A DNA stretch of 64,000 nt from Eledone cirrhosa (GCA_964016885.1 OZ024742.1:22940001-23004000); one strand, 5' to 3'; numbered from the stretch's first letter, positions 1 through 18,237 are shown. The notes: a model not told the origin generated them from the sequence alone. Program-made: numbers and translations.

Positions 1-44
1 ATTGTTTCTCTGAACTGGTAGGTCTAGAGATCGCTATCCGCTTA

Positions 45-1497
<1,453 letters not shown>

Positions 1498-1931
1498 TAT
1501 TTTTTCTCTTTTTTCTGGGTTTGAAAATGTTTAAAACAAAATATTTTATTTTGTGTGAAGTGTTAAGGTATTAGTTAATTCATTTATTAATTAACTATGG
1601 CATTTATTTATTTATTTATATATTTAATAATTGTTTATTAACGGTTTCAGTAAGAAACAATGCGGGCTGTGTGGTTACTGTAAACAAAGTTTAAGATGGT
1701 AATATGGACGAAACAAGAGAAGAGCCCCTTCGTCACATGTTAACTGCAGATCACAGATGTTTCGGCACTTATGTATGTATGCATGTATGTATATATATAT
1801 ATATATATATATATGCATATTTCTATATTAAATTTGTTATATATAAATATATGCATATATTCATATATGCATATATTCATATATGCATTATTTAATGTAG
1901 AAATAATTATAGGACTAATATAGAAATAATT

Positions 1932-2114
1932 GTTTCTATTTTTGTCACAAGGCCAGCAATTACCCAGTACAATACTGGTACTTTATTTTATCGACCCTGT
2001 AAGGATGAAAGGCAAAGTTAACCTCGATGGGATTTGAACTCAGGCCGTAAAGGGACGTAACTATACTAGAAAGCATGGTGTCCAACCCTCTACCGATACT
2101 GCCAATTCACTGCC
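1932..2114 (-). mobile_element. tRNA-derived SINE, family A (Nin-like core), short form
   Basis: Minus strand has A-box TGGCAGTATCGG, B-box GAGTTCAAATCCC and core GCCTTTCATCCTTAC.GGGTCGATAAAATAAAGTACCAG. TAGAAATAA at 1921 and 2118 is a likely TSD. Confidence 0.85.
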
Positions 2115-2298
2115 TTTTAGAAATAACAATACAAGACTGGAACTGTTTTATTCGAAGGAAATATTGAGGTAAGCCGACTTGCAATGTAATGCTGTGGTAT
2201 TTGTAAATTTTTGGGTGGTTAAATATATATCTGACCGTCTTACAGTGTTGTTTTATCAGACTCTTTATAATATATATATATATATTATATATATATTA

Positions 2299-3246
<948 letters not shown>

Positions 3247-3506
3247 TACATAGCATATATTATATATTCTACTACACAATTTCTGGAAAATGTCGTTAAC
3301 TGTCTCAACTGTGTGTTCTCTATATTTAAAAAAAACATGATTATCCTTGCTTTTTCTCAAAGAATATTCTGTGGAAAGAATATGGAGTCATTAATCAATA
3401 ATATCCGTGAACCATTGGTTTGGAATATCTGTTATCTTGGAGACATCAACAAATTCTTTCGAAGAGAAATTTCGGCAAAAACAATAAGGAAGGAACAAAA
3501 CTTTCC

Positions 3507-3838
<332 letters not shown>

Positions 3839-4013
3839 TTTGCTATTGTTATGTATATATATATATTACAATTTATATTATTGTTATAACAACTGTTTTC
3901 TCTACGGTGGTGCCCGCGTGATATCGTTTTTGTACAGGTATATTCTCCAATGCCTTTAGTCCTTGTGCTCAATAAAAGCAATCATCATTATTATCCTTAT
4001 TATTATGCTTAGT

Positions 4014-4375
4014 GGCGGTGGATTGTCAGTATCGGTAGAGGGTCAGACGCCATGCTTTGACGCAAAGAGTTCTGAGTTCAAATCCCGCCAGGTTGACTTT
4101 GCCTTTCATCCTTACGCGGTCGATAAAATAAAGTACCAGTAATGCACTGGTGTAATTGCTGGCCTTGTACCAAAAGTAGAAACAATTATTATGCTTAGTG
4201 GCATAGAGTTATGACCCATTACGTTCTGAGTTTAAATCCTGCTTAGGTTAGCTTTGCCTTTCGTAGTTACAGGGTCGATAAAATAAAGTATCAGTCACGC
4301 ACCGAGGAAAACTTAATCGACTTTCTCCCCCACTCCCCAAAAATTGCTGTCCTTGAGCCTAAATCAGAAACCACA
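4014..4375 (+). mobile_element. Two tandem family A SINEs (4014-4185; 5'-truncated ~4203-4375)
   Basis: Same boxes and core as 1932-2114. ATTATTATGCTTAGTGGC occurs both before and after the first copy (TSD-like). Confidence 0.8.
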
Positions 4376-4469
4376 ATAATAACATAACCACCAAAACCAT
4401 CATCATTCCCACCATTGTACAACATACGAACAACAATATACTACAGAAACTTTATTGCAGGCACACATT

Positions 4470-5075
4470 CATCACCACTACCACCAACACCACCACTACC
4501 ACCACTGCCACCAACACCACCACTACCACCACTGCCACCAACATCACCACTACCACCACTACCACCAACACCACCACTACCACCACTTCCACCAACACCA
4601 CCACTACCACCACTACCACCAACACCACCACTACCACCACTACCACCAACACCACCACTACCACCACTTCCACCAACACCCTCAATACCCCAACAAAACC
4701 ACTACCGCCAACACCCCCAATACCCCCAACACCACCACAACCACCAACACCACCACTACCACCAACGTCACCACTACCACCAACATCACCACTATCACCA
4801 ACACACCCAATATCACCACCAACAACAACACCATAACCACCACCACCACCAACACCACCACTGCCACCATAACCACCACCACCACCAACACCATCACTGC
4901 CACCATAACCACGACAACCACCAACACCACCAATACCACCAACACCACCACTACCACCAACACCACCACTACCACCAACACCACCACTGCCACCAACACC
5001 ACCACTACCAGCACCACCAATAACAACACCATAAGCCCCACCGCCGCCGTCAACTCCCTCCCCCAGTAACAACAA
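4470..5075 (+). repeat. (CCA)-rich low-complexity tract with a 27-bp minisatellite (CCACCAACACCACCACTACCACCACTA)
   Basis: About 7 tandem 27-bp units at ~4481-4680, then a degenerate ACC/AAC tract. Confidence 0.85.
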
Positions 5076-5305
5076 CAATGGCAACAATAATAAATATCTA
5101 TCTAGTGATTATCAGTACAGCGAGAAACTCACACGATACAACACCTACAAACTCATATATACAGTCACGTTTACATTCACTCACACAGCTAAATACACAT
5201 ACTCACTCAAACATACACACAATACAGACAAGCACAGAGATTCACAACCCACATATGGACATGTGCACACACACACACACACACGCACACACACACCCAC
5301 ACACA

Positions 5306-5342
<37 letters not shown>

Positions 5343-5483
5343 CACACACACACACACACACACACACAGAGACACACACACACGACCACAAACACACACT
5401 CACACACACACACACACACATACACACACCCACACACGCCCACAAACACACACACACGCCCACAAACACACTCACACACACAC

Positions 5484-5533
<50 letters not shown>

Positions 5534-6222
5534 ACATACACACACACACACACACATACACACATACACACATACACACGAAGCCACAAACCCACACAAG
5601 ATGGGGAGCCCCACCTATACATCACCAAACATCACATCTCGGTTGGCGTTAAATCGAGAAAGCAACCGCAAAAGTTCCAAAGTAACAAGATAAATATTCC
5701 TTAATTTGAATCATAGAGTGATAGATGGACGGAATTCTGTCAGAATGTTCGAGTATTTCACCCCACAGCAAGATTTTTACGGAATTTATTTATTACGCTA
5801 TATCCCAAATTATTTTTTCACGTGAATCATATAGAAATTAACTAGACATCCAACACCTCCACACAAGTATTCCGTCATAGTAGAAACGATATATCACAAG
5901 AAGTTTGTTTCAAATCATTCTACCGTTGCCTGTTGTCGTCCTTTAAAGAATTCGTTTTAAGTTTGTTGGCTGAATAATAAACATGTTTATATCTAGACAT
6001 CAGTTATGTTAACGATAAGGTGAACCAAATTCAGTAAGGTTAATGAGGAAAATATCAAATCTGAAAGGGCTGCATAATGATGAATGGACGAACCACTACT
6101 GAAATAGAGAGCTGGCTAGAGATGGAGAGATAAATAGGTATCTAAGTGGGTGCTTTAGTGTATGTATATTTATGTATGTATTTCTCTATATATATATTTA
6201 CATATATATGATATGTAATTAC

Positions 6223-6307
<85 letters not shown>

Positions 6308-6447
6308 ACACGCACATATATATATATATATATATGTATTTATATGTATTTATATGTGTGTATATGTGTATATATATATGTTTATTTATGTATATATTTC
6401 TCTGTGCATATATGTATTTATATATATATTATATGTAATTATGTATG

Positions 6448-6514
<67 letters not shown>

Positions 6515-6543
6515 CAATATATATATATGTATGTATGTATGTA

Positions 6544-6599
<56 letters not shown>

Positions 6600-7009
6600 T
6601 ATATGTATCTATATGTATTTATGCGTGTATATACATGTATGTATTTATATATGTGTATATATGTATTTATGTATATACATATTTACGTATGTGTATATGT
6701 ATTTATGTATTCAAATATGTTTATATGTCGGTCTTTATGTATGTATATGTGTATGAATTTATGTATGTAAATATGTTTGTCCTACTTGAGTGTATGTGAG
6801 ACTGTGAGTATGTATTTGTGTAAACGGAAACAAAAAGATGTCGAGATAGATAAGGAGATAAGATTATAGATAAACAAATAAACGAGAAGTTTGATGTAAA
6901 GTTTGAGTGGGTTGTGTTAGTGGGAGGGTGGTTTGACGGGAATTAAAGTAAACAGATAGATTGGTAAATTCATAGGTAGATAGACAGCTAGATAGACGGA
7001 TAGTCTCTG

Positions 7010-7063
<54 letters not shown>

Positions 7064-7255
7064 TTAAGTAGACATTTATATATATATGCACACATACATT
7101 CATACATATACATATTTATATAAATGTAACTAACAGCCGTACTAAGAGTGAGAAATGAAATTTCATTTTTTCCATTTATATATATAGTTATATATATAGA
7201 TAGATACATATACATATATATATATATAGAGTGAGAGTGAGAGTGAGAGGGTGAG

Positions 7256-7371
<116 letters not shown>

Positions 7372-7653
7372 GGCGTACCTAGATAAATATGAAGAAAAAA
7401 AGATTAGATGTTTGATACAGGGAAAACACACCACTGTTCATACATCAAAATACTCGTATATACACACATGCGCTCGCGAACGTACATGTACACATACATG
7501 GACATACAGGTAAATGTGTATATATATGTATTCACATATTGATGTATATATATTTGTACGTATACACTTATGTGTATGGGCGCTCTTGTGTGTTTGTGTT
7601 TGTTTGTTAGTGTATGTGTGTGGGTGTGTGTGTGTGTGTGTGCGTGCGCGCGC

Positions 7654-7694
<41 letters not shown>

Positions 7695-8084
7695 CGCGTG
7701 TTAGTGTGTCTCTGTTTGTTTGTACGAACATATAGTTACTGAGTTTTGTTCTGGAGTCCAATAAATAAAGCTACAAGCAAAATGATTAAATACTTTAGTA
7801 GCATGTTTAAATAAATGAAGATCTCAGAGTATGAGTCCCGCTTTCAAAGCCGAGTGGACTTTATGCGAATCCCACAGCCGTGATTAACGTCATTCCAGAA
7901 GAAAAAATTCTGGATGTATTTCGAACATTGTTAGGGTCCCTAGGTTAAATATTTGGAGGCAGAAAATGCTTAACACGAAGTGGGTTAACAATTGAACTCA
8001 TAAATACGTAATTATTCTTTGGGTAAAAGTTCGGATACGCTTTCGACTAAAGTTCCAGTCCGAACTCTTGTCGTTCTGACGACT

Positions 8085-8290
8085 AGTTCCATGTTGTGGT
8101 TTGTACTCCTGGACTGGGTTCTTGAGTGAAACACTTTAATTTACGTTGTTCCAGTATACTTAGCTGAAAATTAGTATCTGTAATAGGTGAGAGTTTAACA
8201 TTACAATGGACTGACGTCCTATCCAGGAGTGTCTTCTATGCTCAGTCGTGTCACCCCACAAAAACCAGGATAAGCCACTGAGCTCGCGAC
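8085..8290 (+). mobile_element. Decayed tRNA-derived SINE, family B
   Basis: GTTCTTGAGTGAAACACTTTA...ATGGACTGACGTCCTATCCAGG...AAAACC.G resembles 18885-19150. Confidence 0.55.
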
Positions 8291-9295
8291 AGACGTTTTT
8301 TAAAGTATTCACACTAAGTACGAACAATTAGAGCCGTGAAATAAGTGCTTTGATTAGCGATAAATTGAAAACATTTCAGCAGATATGAACATTTCTCACG
8401 TGATCATTTAGTCCAATACTGTTTCCATATAACTGCTCCTATATTTCTTTAAACGATACTAGCGTTGTTTTAATAATACCTATAAAAATGGCACATAAAA
8501 ACTACTGTCGCTCGTCAAAAGGTTATAGATTTCCCATATTTAGATAGTATCACGTGTTCACTTTGAACATCTCTGCTTCATATTAGAATTTGCTGCTAAA
8601 CAAATCTATCAGAAATGTTTTAAAGAAAACAAAGAAAAAAACACAACAAAAGAATTGTATTATATATATAGCAAAATATTTCATACTTTCTCTTCACTCC
8701 CACAACTCCCCTGTTTGATTCATTCTACTATTCCAGTCACGTTCCAACCTTTTATCTTTTGGATTAGTCTTTCGTTACGGACAGTCGATAACAAGATAAC
8801 ATGTATTCCATACGTTATGTTTACATTCAAATGACAGACTAGTTTATCGTAATTTCACTAACACTGACGCCTTCATTATCACCAACAGAACTTTGTGATC
8901 AACTAGGGGGAAATCTTGCAGGTCATAGGACCATTCTTCCTTCCAAAGATCACAACAGAACTACATTAATAATCTCTTCAGACTCTTTTGAATTTATGTT
9001 ATGCATGCAACTCTGGCAATTTGATTTAACAAAATGGTGTTCGATGTTATAACTAGCTTAGCATTTGACTCCACACACGTCCTACCGTCTTCCTCCTAAT
9101 CTTTTATTGGTGAGAAAACTTCAAATGTTATTGATTTTAATTTAACACATATTTCACAAATGAAATTAAACGACAAATTCTCATACACTGCCGACGACAA
9201 TTTATCGTTAATACATATGTCTGATTGCTTGAATTGACAATTGATTACATAACCTTCGCATATTATCTGTATTCACTTAGAAAGGTGTATCTATA

Positions 9296-9631
<336 letters not shown>

Positions 9632-10150
9632 ATATAATATATTATATTTAGAGTTATAAACTCAAACAGTCATTTACAATTAATTAGATCAAAGAAAGAA
9701 GCATTTCTGAGTCGTGAAATACAAGTTAATAGAAATTAATATATGATAAACACGTAAGTGTTTGTATTGTAAAAGACGAAGTTAGTTAGAATGAAATAAA
9801 CTAATTCAAATAAATATATATAATTTGCCTGTCTCGATTTAAAATAATAAATCAATAAAAACAAACCCATATTGGCAAATAGCCGTGATACCTGGACAAA
9901 TTTAAATTATAAAATCCAAACCTGTTCCGCAGATAAATTTGAATTTCAAAACCCAAATAAGTTTCGCAACGATAGTATAAAAAGTGAAATATCCCAATTT
10001 TCTGTGCTTCTCAACAGGTATCCAGAAAAATTAGGATGCTTCACCTCGAAATAATTTAGGAGGTCTGGTTCACTAGCGCAAACGCACGAGGTTTTGCACG
10101 TGGTTTTCCAGCTCACTAGCTATCTCATATTCATGGCGCTAGAAATAACA

Positions 10151-10251
10151 GCCAACCAACTGGAAATGTATAATCAATTGCAGTGAAAAACAGCAGGTGC
10201 GTGTGTTTTTATCCGAAGCATGTCCATCCCAAAGTATAACAATATATATAT

Positions 10252-10297
<46 letters not shown>

Positions 10298-10333
10298 TGT
10301 TATATATAACAATATATATTTATATATATATTG

Positions 10334-10419
<86 letters not shown>

Positions 10420-10510
10420 TGTTATATTTTGGGATGGACATGCTTCGGATAAAAACACACGCACCTGCTGTTTTTCACTGCAATTGATTATACATTTCCA
10501 GTTGGTTGGC
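10151..10510. repeat. ~93-bp inverted repeat (10151-10243 / 10418-10510) around a (TA)n spacer
   Basis: GCCAACCAACTGGAAATG...CCCAAAGTATAACAAT against its near-perfect reverse complement. Confidence 0.92.
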
Positions 10511-11450
10511 CGGTTGGTTCGATAACCGGAAAGTTGTTTATATATTGTCAAACCTCTTTCGTCACACGTTCTGTGACCTCCGCAGTGACTAGATCTTTGT
10601 TTTGTGCCTCTCATTTGTTCTGTCCTACATCATCTTGCTTTTGTGCGTTGTGTGTTGCTTACTTTTCACATGCATTATATCCGTGTGAGTGTTTTTATTT
10701 CTTAATTTATGTGTTTATTTACTTGTCACTAGTTGGTTGTTTGTTCTATCTGTGTCTGATTTATTTTGTTAGTTTGGATTTTGTGTGTGTCTGTATGTCT
10801 TCATTTTGTCGTTAATTACTAGATATTATGTTGCTATTCCACTCATGTTCTCTGTTTAATTTTCGTTGGAGTTCGTTTATGTTTGTCGCCTCTGTGATTT
10901 CTCTGAGCATTCCATCTTTTCTGTTTGTGGATATAATTTGTATCTCTATGTTCTCTAATCTGCCCCTATGTTCTATTTTGGCATGTTGGTAAGGTACTGT
11001 TGAGTTTTTCCCATCATGGAGTTCTCGCCTGTGTTCACCTTTCCTTTCTCCTATACTACGTATAGCAATGTATGTTATATTCTTATTCCTACATTGTACC
11101 CCAGTATATCTTATGCTATATACTACGGTCCTAATTTTGCAGTTAGTTTGCAGGCTTATCTTCAAGTCTATGCATCTCATATCAGTACAGGGGCGCCTTT
11201 GAAATGGCTATGTTTTACTAATTAGGAATGTTATGGGAATACCTGGTCTTTCAACTATCTTAATATATAATTAGAGATTGTCTAGGCTCCTTCTAAATCT
11301 GAAAGCTAGTTCGCCTCTAGGGGTTGTATTGATGAACATTTCACCTTGCTATTTATTGCTATCATAACGTGAGTTGATTTTATTTGCTTTATTCCTAATC
11401 CTTTCTATTCTGTTCTAAAAGAGTTTCCTATACATGGAGCAAGTCCCATT
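10418..11450 (-). mobile_element. 5'-truncated Penelope-like retroelement
   Basis: Decayed GIY-YIG coding region plus a 3' UTR that ends in (TA)n. Its 3' end is duplicated in inverted orientation at 10151-10243. Confidence 0.75.
10812..11410 (-). pseudogene. PLE linker plus GIY-YIG endonuclease (decayed)
   Basis: ORF NCKIRTVVYSIRY..QC....TYIAIRSIGERKGEH...QHAKIEH...LREITEA.NI....KLN. Upstream, with stops, it reads FINTTPRGEL...KIVERPG...PFQRRPC, typical of the PLE RT-EN linker. Confidence 0.8.
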
Positions 11451-11844
11451 TACATCAATTTGTACAATCTTTGTCCATTTGGTTCTGGATCTTTTATATA
11501 CCCTGATACTGTCTCCCTGGTTGTAGCCAGGTATTTTAAGTGAAGAAAGACCTTAGACTGGACCAGTCTCACTCTCAGAATATCGTTGATATTTATTCAA
11601 AAAAGAAGAATATGTCAACATCCTTGGCTATCATCGAGTCGCAGGTTTTATGTTTTATATCAGAGTTCTCCTTCTTATAGAATTACACCAGAACAAGAAC
11701 TAGGGGTTTCTCACTCCAGTTGGATAATTCCAGCCCTAGTGCACCAAACCGAGTATTTCCATGTCGCCGCGCACATGTGTATACATACATACATACATGC
11801 ATACATCGATGCATGCATACATACAAGTATATATATATATATGT

Positions 11845-11932
<88 letters not shown>

Positions 11933-11934
<2 letters not shown>

Positions 11935-12255
11935 CGCGTGGCTTGGTGGTTAGAGCTTGCAATCGAAAGGTTGTGAGTTCAATTTTCGGACCGGTTGATG
12001 CGTTGTGTCCTTGAGCAAGACACTTTATTCCGCATTGCTCCAGTTTAGTTAGCTGTAGAAATGTGTTGCGACGACACTGGCGCCCAGCTGTATCGGCCAT
12101 AGCCTTTCCCTTGGACATCATCGGTGGCGTAGAGAGGGGATGCATGGGTGACTGCTGGTCTTCCACAGACAACCTTGCCCAGACTTGTGCCTCTCAGGGA
12201 ATCTTTCTAGATGCAAATCCCATGGTCATTCGTTACAGAATGGAGTCTTCTCTTC
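11933..12255 (+). mobile_element. tRNA-derived SINE, family B (TTGTGTCCTTGAGCAAGACAC central domain)
   Basis: GGCGCGTGGCTTGGTGGTTAG A-box head, GAGTTCAATT B-box, V/CORE/Meta-like central domain. Confidence 0.8.
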
Positions 12256-13313
12256 TTAAAGATAAATAGAAATAACAGAATAAACAATACAAACGGTACA
12301 GTATAAGGAAGGAATATATTAGTTTAACGCTTGAAATAGCAGGAAGTAGGTATTAACGTTTTGGAAGCTAATCCTTCATCAAAAGTAAGAATGAGAATCA
12401 GAGGTAATAATTAGAAAGATTGAAGGGCAGGAATCGGAAAAAAATGTTTTATATACATATATATATACACAAACACTCACATATGAATATAACCAAAAGT
12501 TTATATGGTTTGTTGATTATTCAACAAATACAATTTTACAATAGATTAGAAGCACTCGACAGTTTTTATCTTGAGTATTTAATATTATCCAACATACTAA
12601 TAAATGAAAAATATTCTCATAACCAAAATATATATTTTATTATACATATTTCAAAGGTACAATGGTGTTTCAGCATGCTTTCATCAGATAAAATATATGA
12701 GAGATAGGATATGCGACATACCGCTAAGGTTTTGATTATTCAATTCCTACAGGAATTCCTAAAATATTTTTGATTTATTAATATTTTGAATAATATATAT
12801 GTATATATGTATATATGTATATATTTGTCACTCAATATATATATATATCCATCCCAGTTTATACAAGACAATCATGTGTACCTGTCGTTCTACATTTAAC
12901 GCCAGAAACAATTTTCATATAATTCGCAATGCGTATCATTCTAACTTGGCATTTTTTTTGTAAATCTTTTTGTATAATTTTTTCGAGACGTTGATGGTGG
13001 TGGTGGTGAAGGGTAAGAATTATCTGCGTTCTATTTCATATAAACGGAAATAGATGTTATACATTTCCTTCCGTATTCTCCAGCCTGATAAACACAATAA
13101 AATGTCGTGAAAACATCTAGTATATAATAGTTTATTGAGCAGATGCGACCAAAATAATATTTGTTGTTTGTCTTCAAGGAATTCCTTTCTGAAGGTTTTC
13201 AGAATTTATCACATGTGGAAAGCAGACCATTATTTCATATCCTGCTTTTAACATCAGGCATTCAAATATATCTAATAAATGTCATTTTATATACACATAG
13301 ATATATATACACA

Positions 13314-13422
<109 letters not shown>

Positions 13423-13582
13423 ATGTGTGTGTGTGTGTGAGTGTGTGTGTGCGTGTATGTTTGTGTGTGAGTGCATATATATTCATATATATATATTCAT
13501 ATATTTATATATGTATATATATTTATATATATATATGTTATGTATATGCATATCTATATATACATATATATATATATATATA

Positions 13583-13922
13583 CTAGCAGATTTACCCGGC
13601 GTTGCTCGGGGTTTGAAATTATGCTAAGAATATACAGCTAGGAAGTAAAAGAAGAACATTATTTGTCCCCAATCTGTCAAAATAAGCAGTCTCTTTATAA
13701 GGATTGTCAATAAAGTTGCTGCCGATAATTTTGCTGCCGATAATTTTGATATCGATTTTTTATTTCTCAACCTGGGTCGATTGGAAAATTTTAGTGATGT
13801 GACCAACTTAGCGACGTGTGAAACGTACACAGAAAATCTGGTCAAATTCGGTCGGTAATTGTAAAAGCCTTAGGTATCCAAAGTTGTACAGAGACACATC
13901 CTCGCTTTTATATATATAAAGA
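13583..13922 (-). mobile_element. Non-autonomous Helitron
   Basis: Minus strand starts TCTTTATATATATAAAA and ends with the hairpin CCCGAGCAACGCCGGG plus TAAATCTGCTAG. Inserted between A and T. Confidence 0.8.
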
Positions 13923-14094
13923 TATATATGTACACACACTACACATACGCACGCGCACAAGTATAGCTCTTTACACAAAACGCCAGCATAAACAGTCTTC
14001 CAAAAGATGGCAACAAGAATGGACCTGTTATTTTTCTGTAAAAACATTTTCTCCACCCCACCCGTTCCTTCAATATATCTAATTTCTCATTATT

Positions 14095-14130
14095 TTTTCT
14101 GGTGAAGGACTAGCGTCCGAAACGTTATGA
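14095..14130 (+). ncRNA. Hammerhead-like motif, probably inactivated (CTGGTGA core)
   Basis: CTGGTGA-A-GGAC(TAGC)GTCC-GAAACGTT; same family as 9483-9518. Confidence 0.55.
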
Positions 14131-14227
14131 ACCTTTTTCTGCTATTTCAAGCGTTAACCTAATATATTCCTACCATATACTGTACCGATTGTGTTGTTAT
14201 TTCCGTTTACGTTTTACATAAATATAC

Positions 14228-14326
<99 letters not shown>

Positions 14327-14389
14327 AGTGTGTATGTATGTGTGCGTGTGTGTACATAACAAGGAGTGTGTGGTAAGGAACCAGTGTGG

Positions 14390-14508
14390 TACGGATGAAA
14401 GGCAAAGTTAACCTCGGCGGGATTTAAACTCAGAATGGCAAGGGCCGTAACTCTATGCGTCAAAGCATGGCGTCCGACCCTCTACCGATACTGTCAGTCC
14501 ACCGCCGA
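14390..14508 (-). mobile_element. Family A SINE, 3'-truncated
   Basis: GGATGAAAGGCAAAGTTAACCTCGGCGGG...CCACCGCC on the plus strand. Confidence 0.8.
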
Positions 14509-14744
14509 TGTAGATAATAGTGGATAATGCTATATAATTCAATGGTCCGGCTTGCCTGATATAGAGTCAATAGTATTACAGGGCATCCTGTTAAAGGGAC
14601 GCATACCTGTTGAATAATCAGCCGCTTCCAACTCAATTTTATGTGTATGAAGTTCATATTAGCGTTCGAACATTTGTATGTTTTTTCTGCAGCTGATGGA
14701 AGAGCCATCATCATTTAGATTTTCACAATCACATATAACCCACT

Positions 14745-14839
<95 letters not shown>

Positions 14840-15210
14840 GTGCGCGTGTGTATGTGTGTGCGTGTGTGTGTGAGAGTGTGTGTGTGTATGTACATATACA
14901 TACATGAGTGTGAGTGTATGTATCTGTGTATATACAAGTATATATGCTTGCATTTATATATATATATATATAAATATACATATACATAAACATATGTTTG
15001 TGTGTGCATGTCTGTGTGTATATTGTGTGTGTGAGTGTGTGGAATGTCATATATGAACAATTCAGTTATGAATGGTTTTCCCACTTGGCTTTTGCAAACC
15101 AATCGAAACATCGATATTTTGTTCTGATCCGCCTCTCTCTCTCCACCTCTCTCTCTCTCATTCATATCTCTTTGCCTCTCTATTTCTTCTCTCTATGTGT
15201 ATACATAAAC

Positions 15211-15266
<56 letters not shown>

Positions 15267-15370
15267 TTTATATATATATACATATATACATATGTGTATA
15301 TATATATATATGTGTGTATATATATCTTTACCCATGTACTTAAAAACACATACACATACACACACATATA

Positions 15371-15425
<55 letters not shown>

Positions 15426-15472
15426 TTGTATATATACATATATATATATATATATAAATATATATATATATC

Positions 15473-15505
<33 letters not shown>

Positions 15506-15567
15506 TTATATTTATACATATATATATACATATATATATTTATACATACATATATATATATATAATT

Positions 15568-15651
<84 letters not shown>

Positions 15652-16064
15652 ATAACCTTTCTCTCCATTACAATCCCCTCTTTCTTTAATTCAACCCATC
15701 TTGTTCTCTCACTCCCACCTCTGACTTTCCATCTCGCTCTCACGTTTAACCAAGTCTCTTTTATGATTTCTAACCGTTTGCATTTTCGTCCTTCACACAT
15801 CATTCCATGTCATTTAATAACGTGTTGTTTATATTTTTATGACACCTTCGAGACCAATATTCTTTTCAGAAATCCAGTGAAAGATCTATTGTTTCGTTGT
15901 TGGATTTTCTGCAGAATTTATTTGCTGCTTCGCTAGTTAGTTTATCTTGGAATCTTCTGAAGGATACAAAAACCTACATAAAAATATATACACAAACAAG
16001 CACTCGCAAACACAAACACCGACAAACAAATATGTATTTTATATATACATACACACACACGCGC

Positions 16065-16143
<79 letters not shown>

Positions 16144-16214
16144 GCCTATGGAAGCATCTTAGCTACCATACGACACACACATACACACACACACACATAT
16201 ATATATATATGTTA

Positions 16215-16283
<69 letters not shown>

Positions 16284-16787
16284 ATAAGCATATATAAACA
16301 ACAATATATTCTCGTGTCTCTTGTCATCCTCAGCGGGAAAAGGTCACGTCACATAAATGTGAAATTGTCTAGAATTTCATGTAACAAATTCATGTTTGCG
16401 CAACATTTAGGTTTTTTTTTTTTTATTCAATAGAACCCGTATATATACCCATGATAATATATACTGAATAACTACCATCTGCAGGATGAATATAATGCTT
16501 TGCATATTATATACAATGCCGGCTGCGTCTATAAAATTTGTGGGGGAAGATTATATACACGAAATATTTCAATATATTTCATAGAAATGAGTCAGTAGGG
16601 AAATATATTTACCAAACTCTATCCAACGTTTATTTAATGCAATAATCACCACAGCTATAGCGTGCTCCTGGTCCACATATTGATTTCCATGACGAAAAAC
16701 ACTTAGAGGTGGAGGTGTTAGACTTAAAATTGGGACTGACTAGTTAGCAATTCTTCATATGGAAGTGGAACCACACACACACACACA

Positions 16788-16898
<111 letters not shown>

Positions 16899-16907
16899 GT
16901 ATATATC

Positions 16908-16941
<34 letters not shown>

Positions 16942-17067
16942 AATATATATATCATTACTCTAAAGTTTTATTGTGCTGACGTGGCAGAATTGCTATAAAA
17001 TGTTATTATTGTTTGTTTTTTGTTTGATAATTTCCTAATGCTTTCCCTTCGAAGAAATTATAATTTT

Positions 17068-17250
17068 GGACTGGCAGGATCGTTAGAGCATCCGATAAAT
17101 CAGATATGTACATGTTTCAGGGCCGTACCTTCTATTTTCAAATATTACCATATATCACTTTGTCTTTCATAAATCCGGGGTCATAAAATAAGGTACCAGA
17201 GAAGTAGTTGTTTAATATATGTAAAGCTACACCTCTCTTTAAACCTGTGA
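17068..17250 (+). mobile_element. Decayed family A SINE
   Basis: TGGCAGGATCGTTAGAG...TTTGTCTTTCAT..CGGGGTCATAAAATAAGGTACCAG...CTTGTGCCTA. Confidence 0.6.
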
Positions 17251-17394
17251 TCTTGTGCCTATGTTAATGATATATTTAATTGATATGCAAGTTCCCAAAA
17301 TATTGGGATTAGGAAAAGAACGAAGGACAAGCATCAATAGATATGGTCCTTCAACTTTTGACGCCGAGTATGACGTTGTTTCAATGAGCAGAAC

Positions 17395-17640
17395 GGCATA
17401 CTCAGGAAATTAACTCATATGTGGCTGCACATAGAATAATCTATCTGTAGTATAATTCTCGGGGAGATTCGTTATAGCTCAGTTTGCCATGAGGTCGGGA
17501 CTTTGAATTATTGTTTCCGACTCCTCAATTTCAATCAATAGACTCAAAGCTATGACACTTGTTCAATGTGCCACTCAGTGGAATCGAACCCAGTGTCAAT
17601 TGATTCCGAAATAAAGATGCTAATTATTCGATCCTGCTGC
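17395..17640 (-). mobile_element. Decayed tRNA-derived SINE, family C (relatives at ~58510-58775 - and ~60420-60550 +)
   Basis: GGAATCGAACCC B-box complement. TAATTCTC.GGGAGATTC is shared with ~58573. Confidence 0.5.
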
Positions 17641-17844
17641 ATCCATTGAAAAGGATTATCTTCGGTATTTGTTATATTCTAATCGTCATTTTGGGATATA
17701 TATATATATATACACAATACACAGAGACAGGCACATATATATATATACACACAATACACACACACACACATATATATATATACATAATACACACACACAC
17801 ACACCGACATATATATATATACATAATACACACACACACACACC

Positions 17845-17935
<91 letters not shown>

Positions 17936-18121
17936 ATGTGTGTGTGTGTGTGTATGCGTGAGTGTGTGTATGATCCACATCTGTAAATATACAGATCCTG
18001 GATACCATGTCTTTTGTTGTATGGTTAATAAAGCGATACAATTTTATTTTCGCGAATGTTACATATATACATACATATATACACACACATGCACACACAT
18101 ATATATATATGTGTATATATA

Positions 18122-18201
<80 letters not shown>

Positions 18202-18237
18202 TAAATATTTATATATATATATACATACACACATATG

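Noticed and set aside
4415-5087. Pro-rich (formin/extensin-like), His-rich and Gly-rich ORFs
   Set aside because: All frames are open because of the CCA repeat. There are no splice signals or flanking domains.
8850-9050. ELCDQLGGNLA peptide resembling a C-type lectin helix
   Set aside because: No other lectin motifs, weak splice sites, and a short match that could be chance.
12658-12687. CTGATGA-AAGCATGCT-GAAAC..GTA on the minus strand as an intact hammerhead
   Set aside because: Loop II is only 2 nt and there is no stem I, so I counted it only as a possible fossil.
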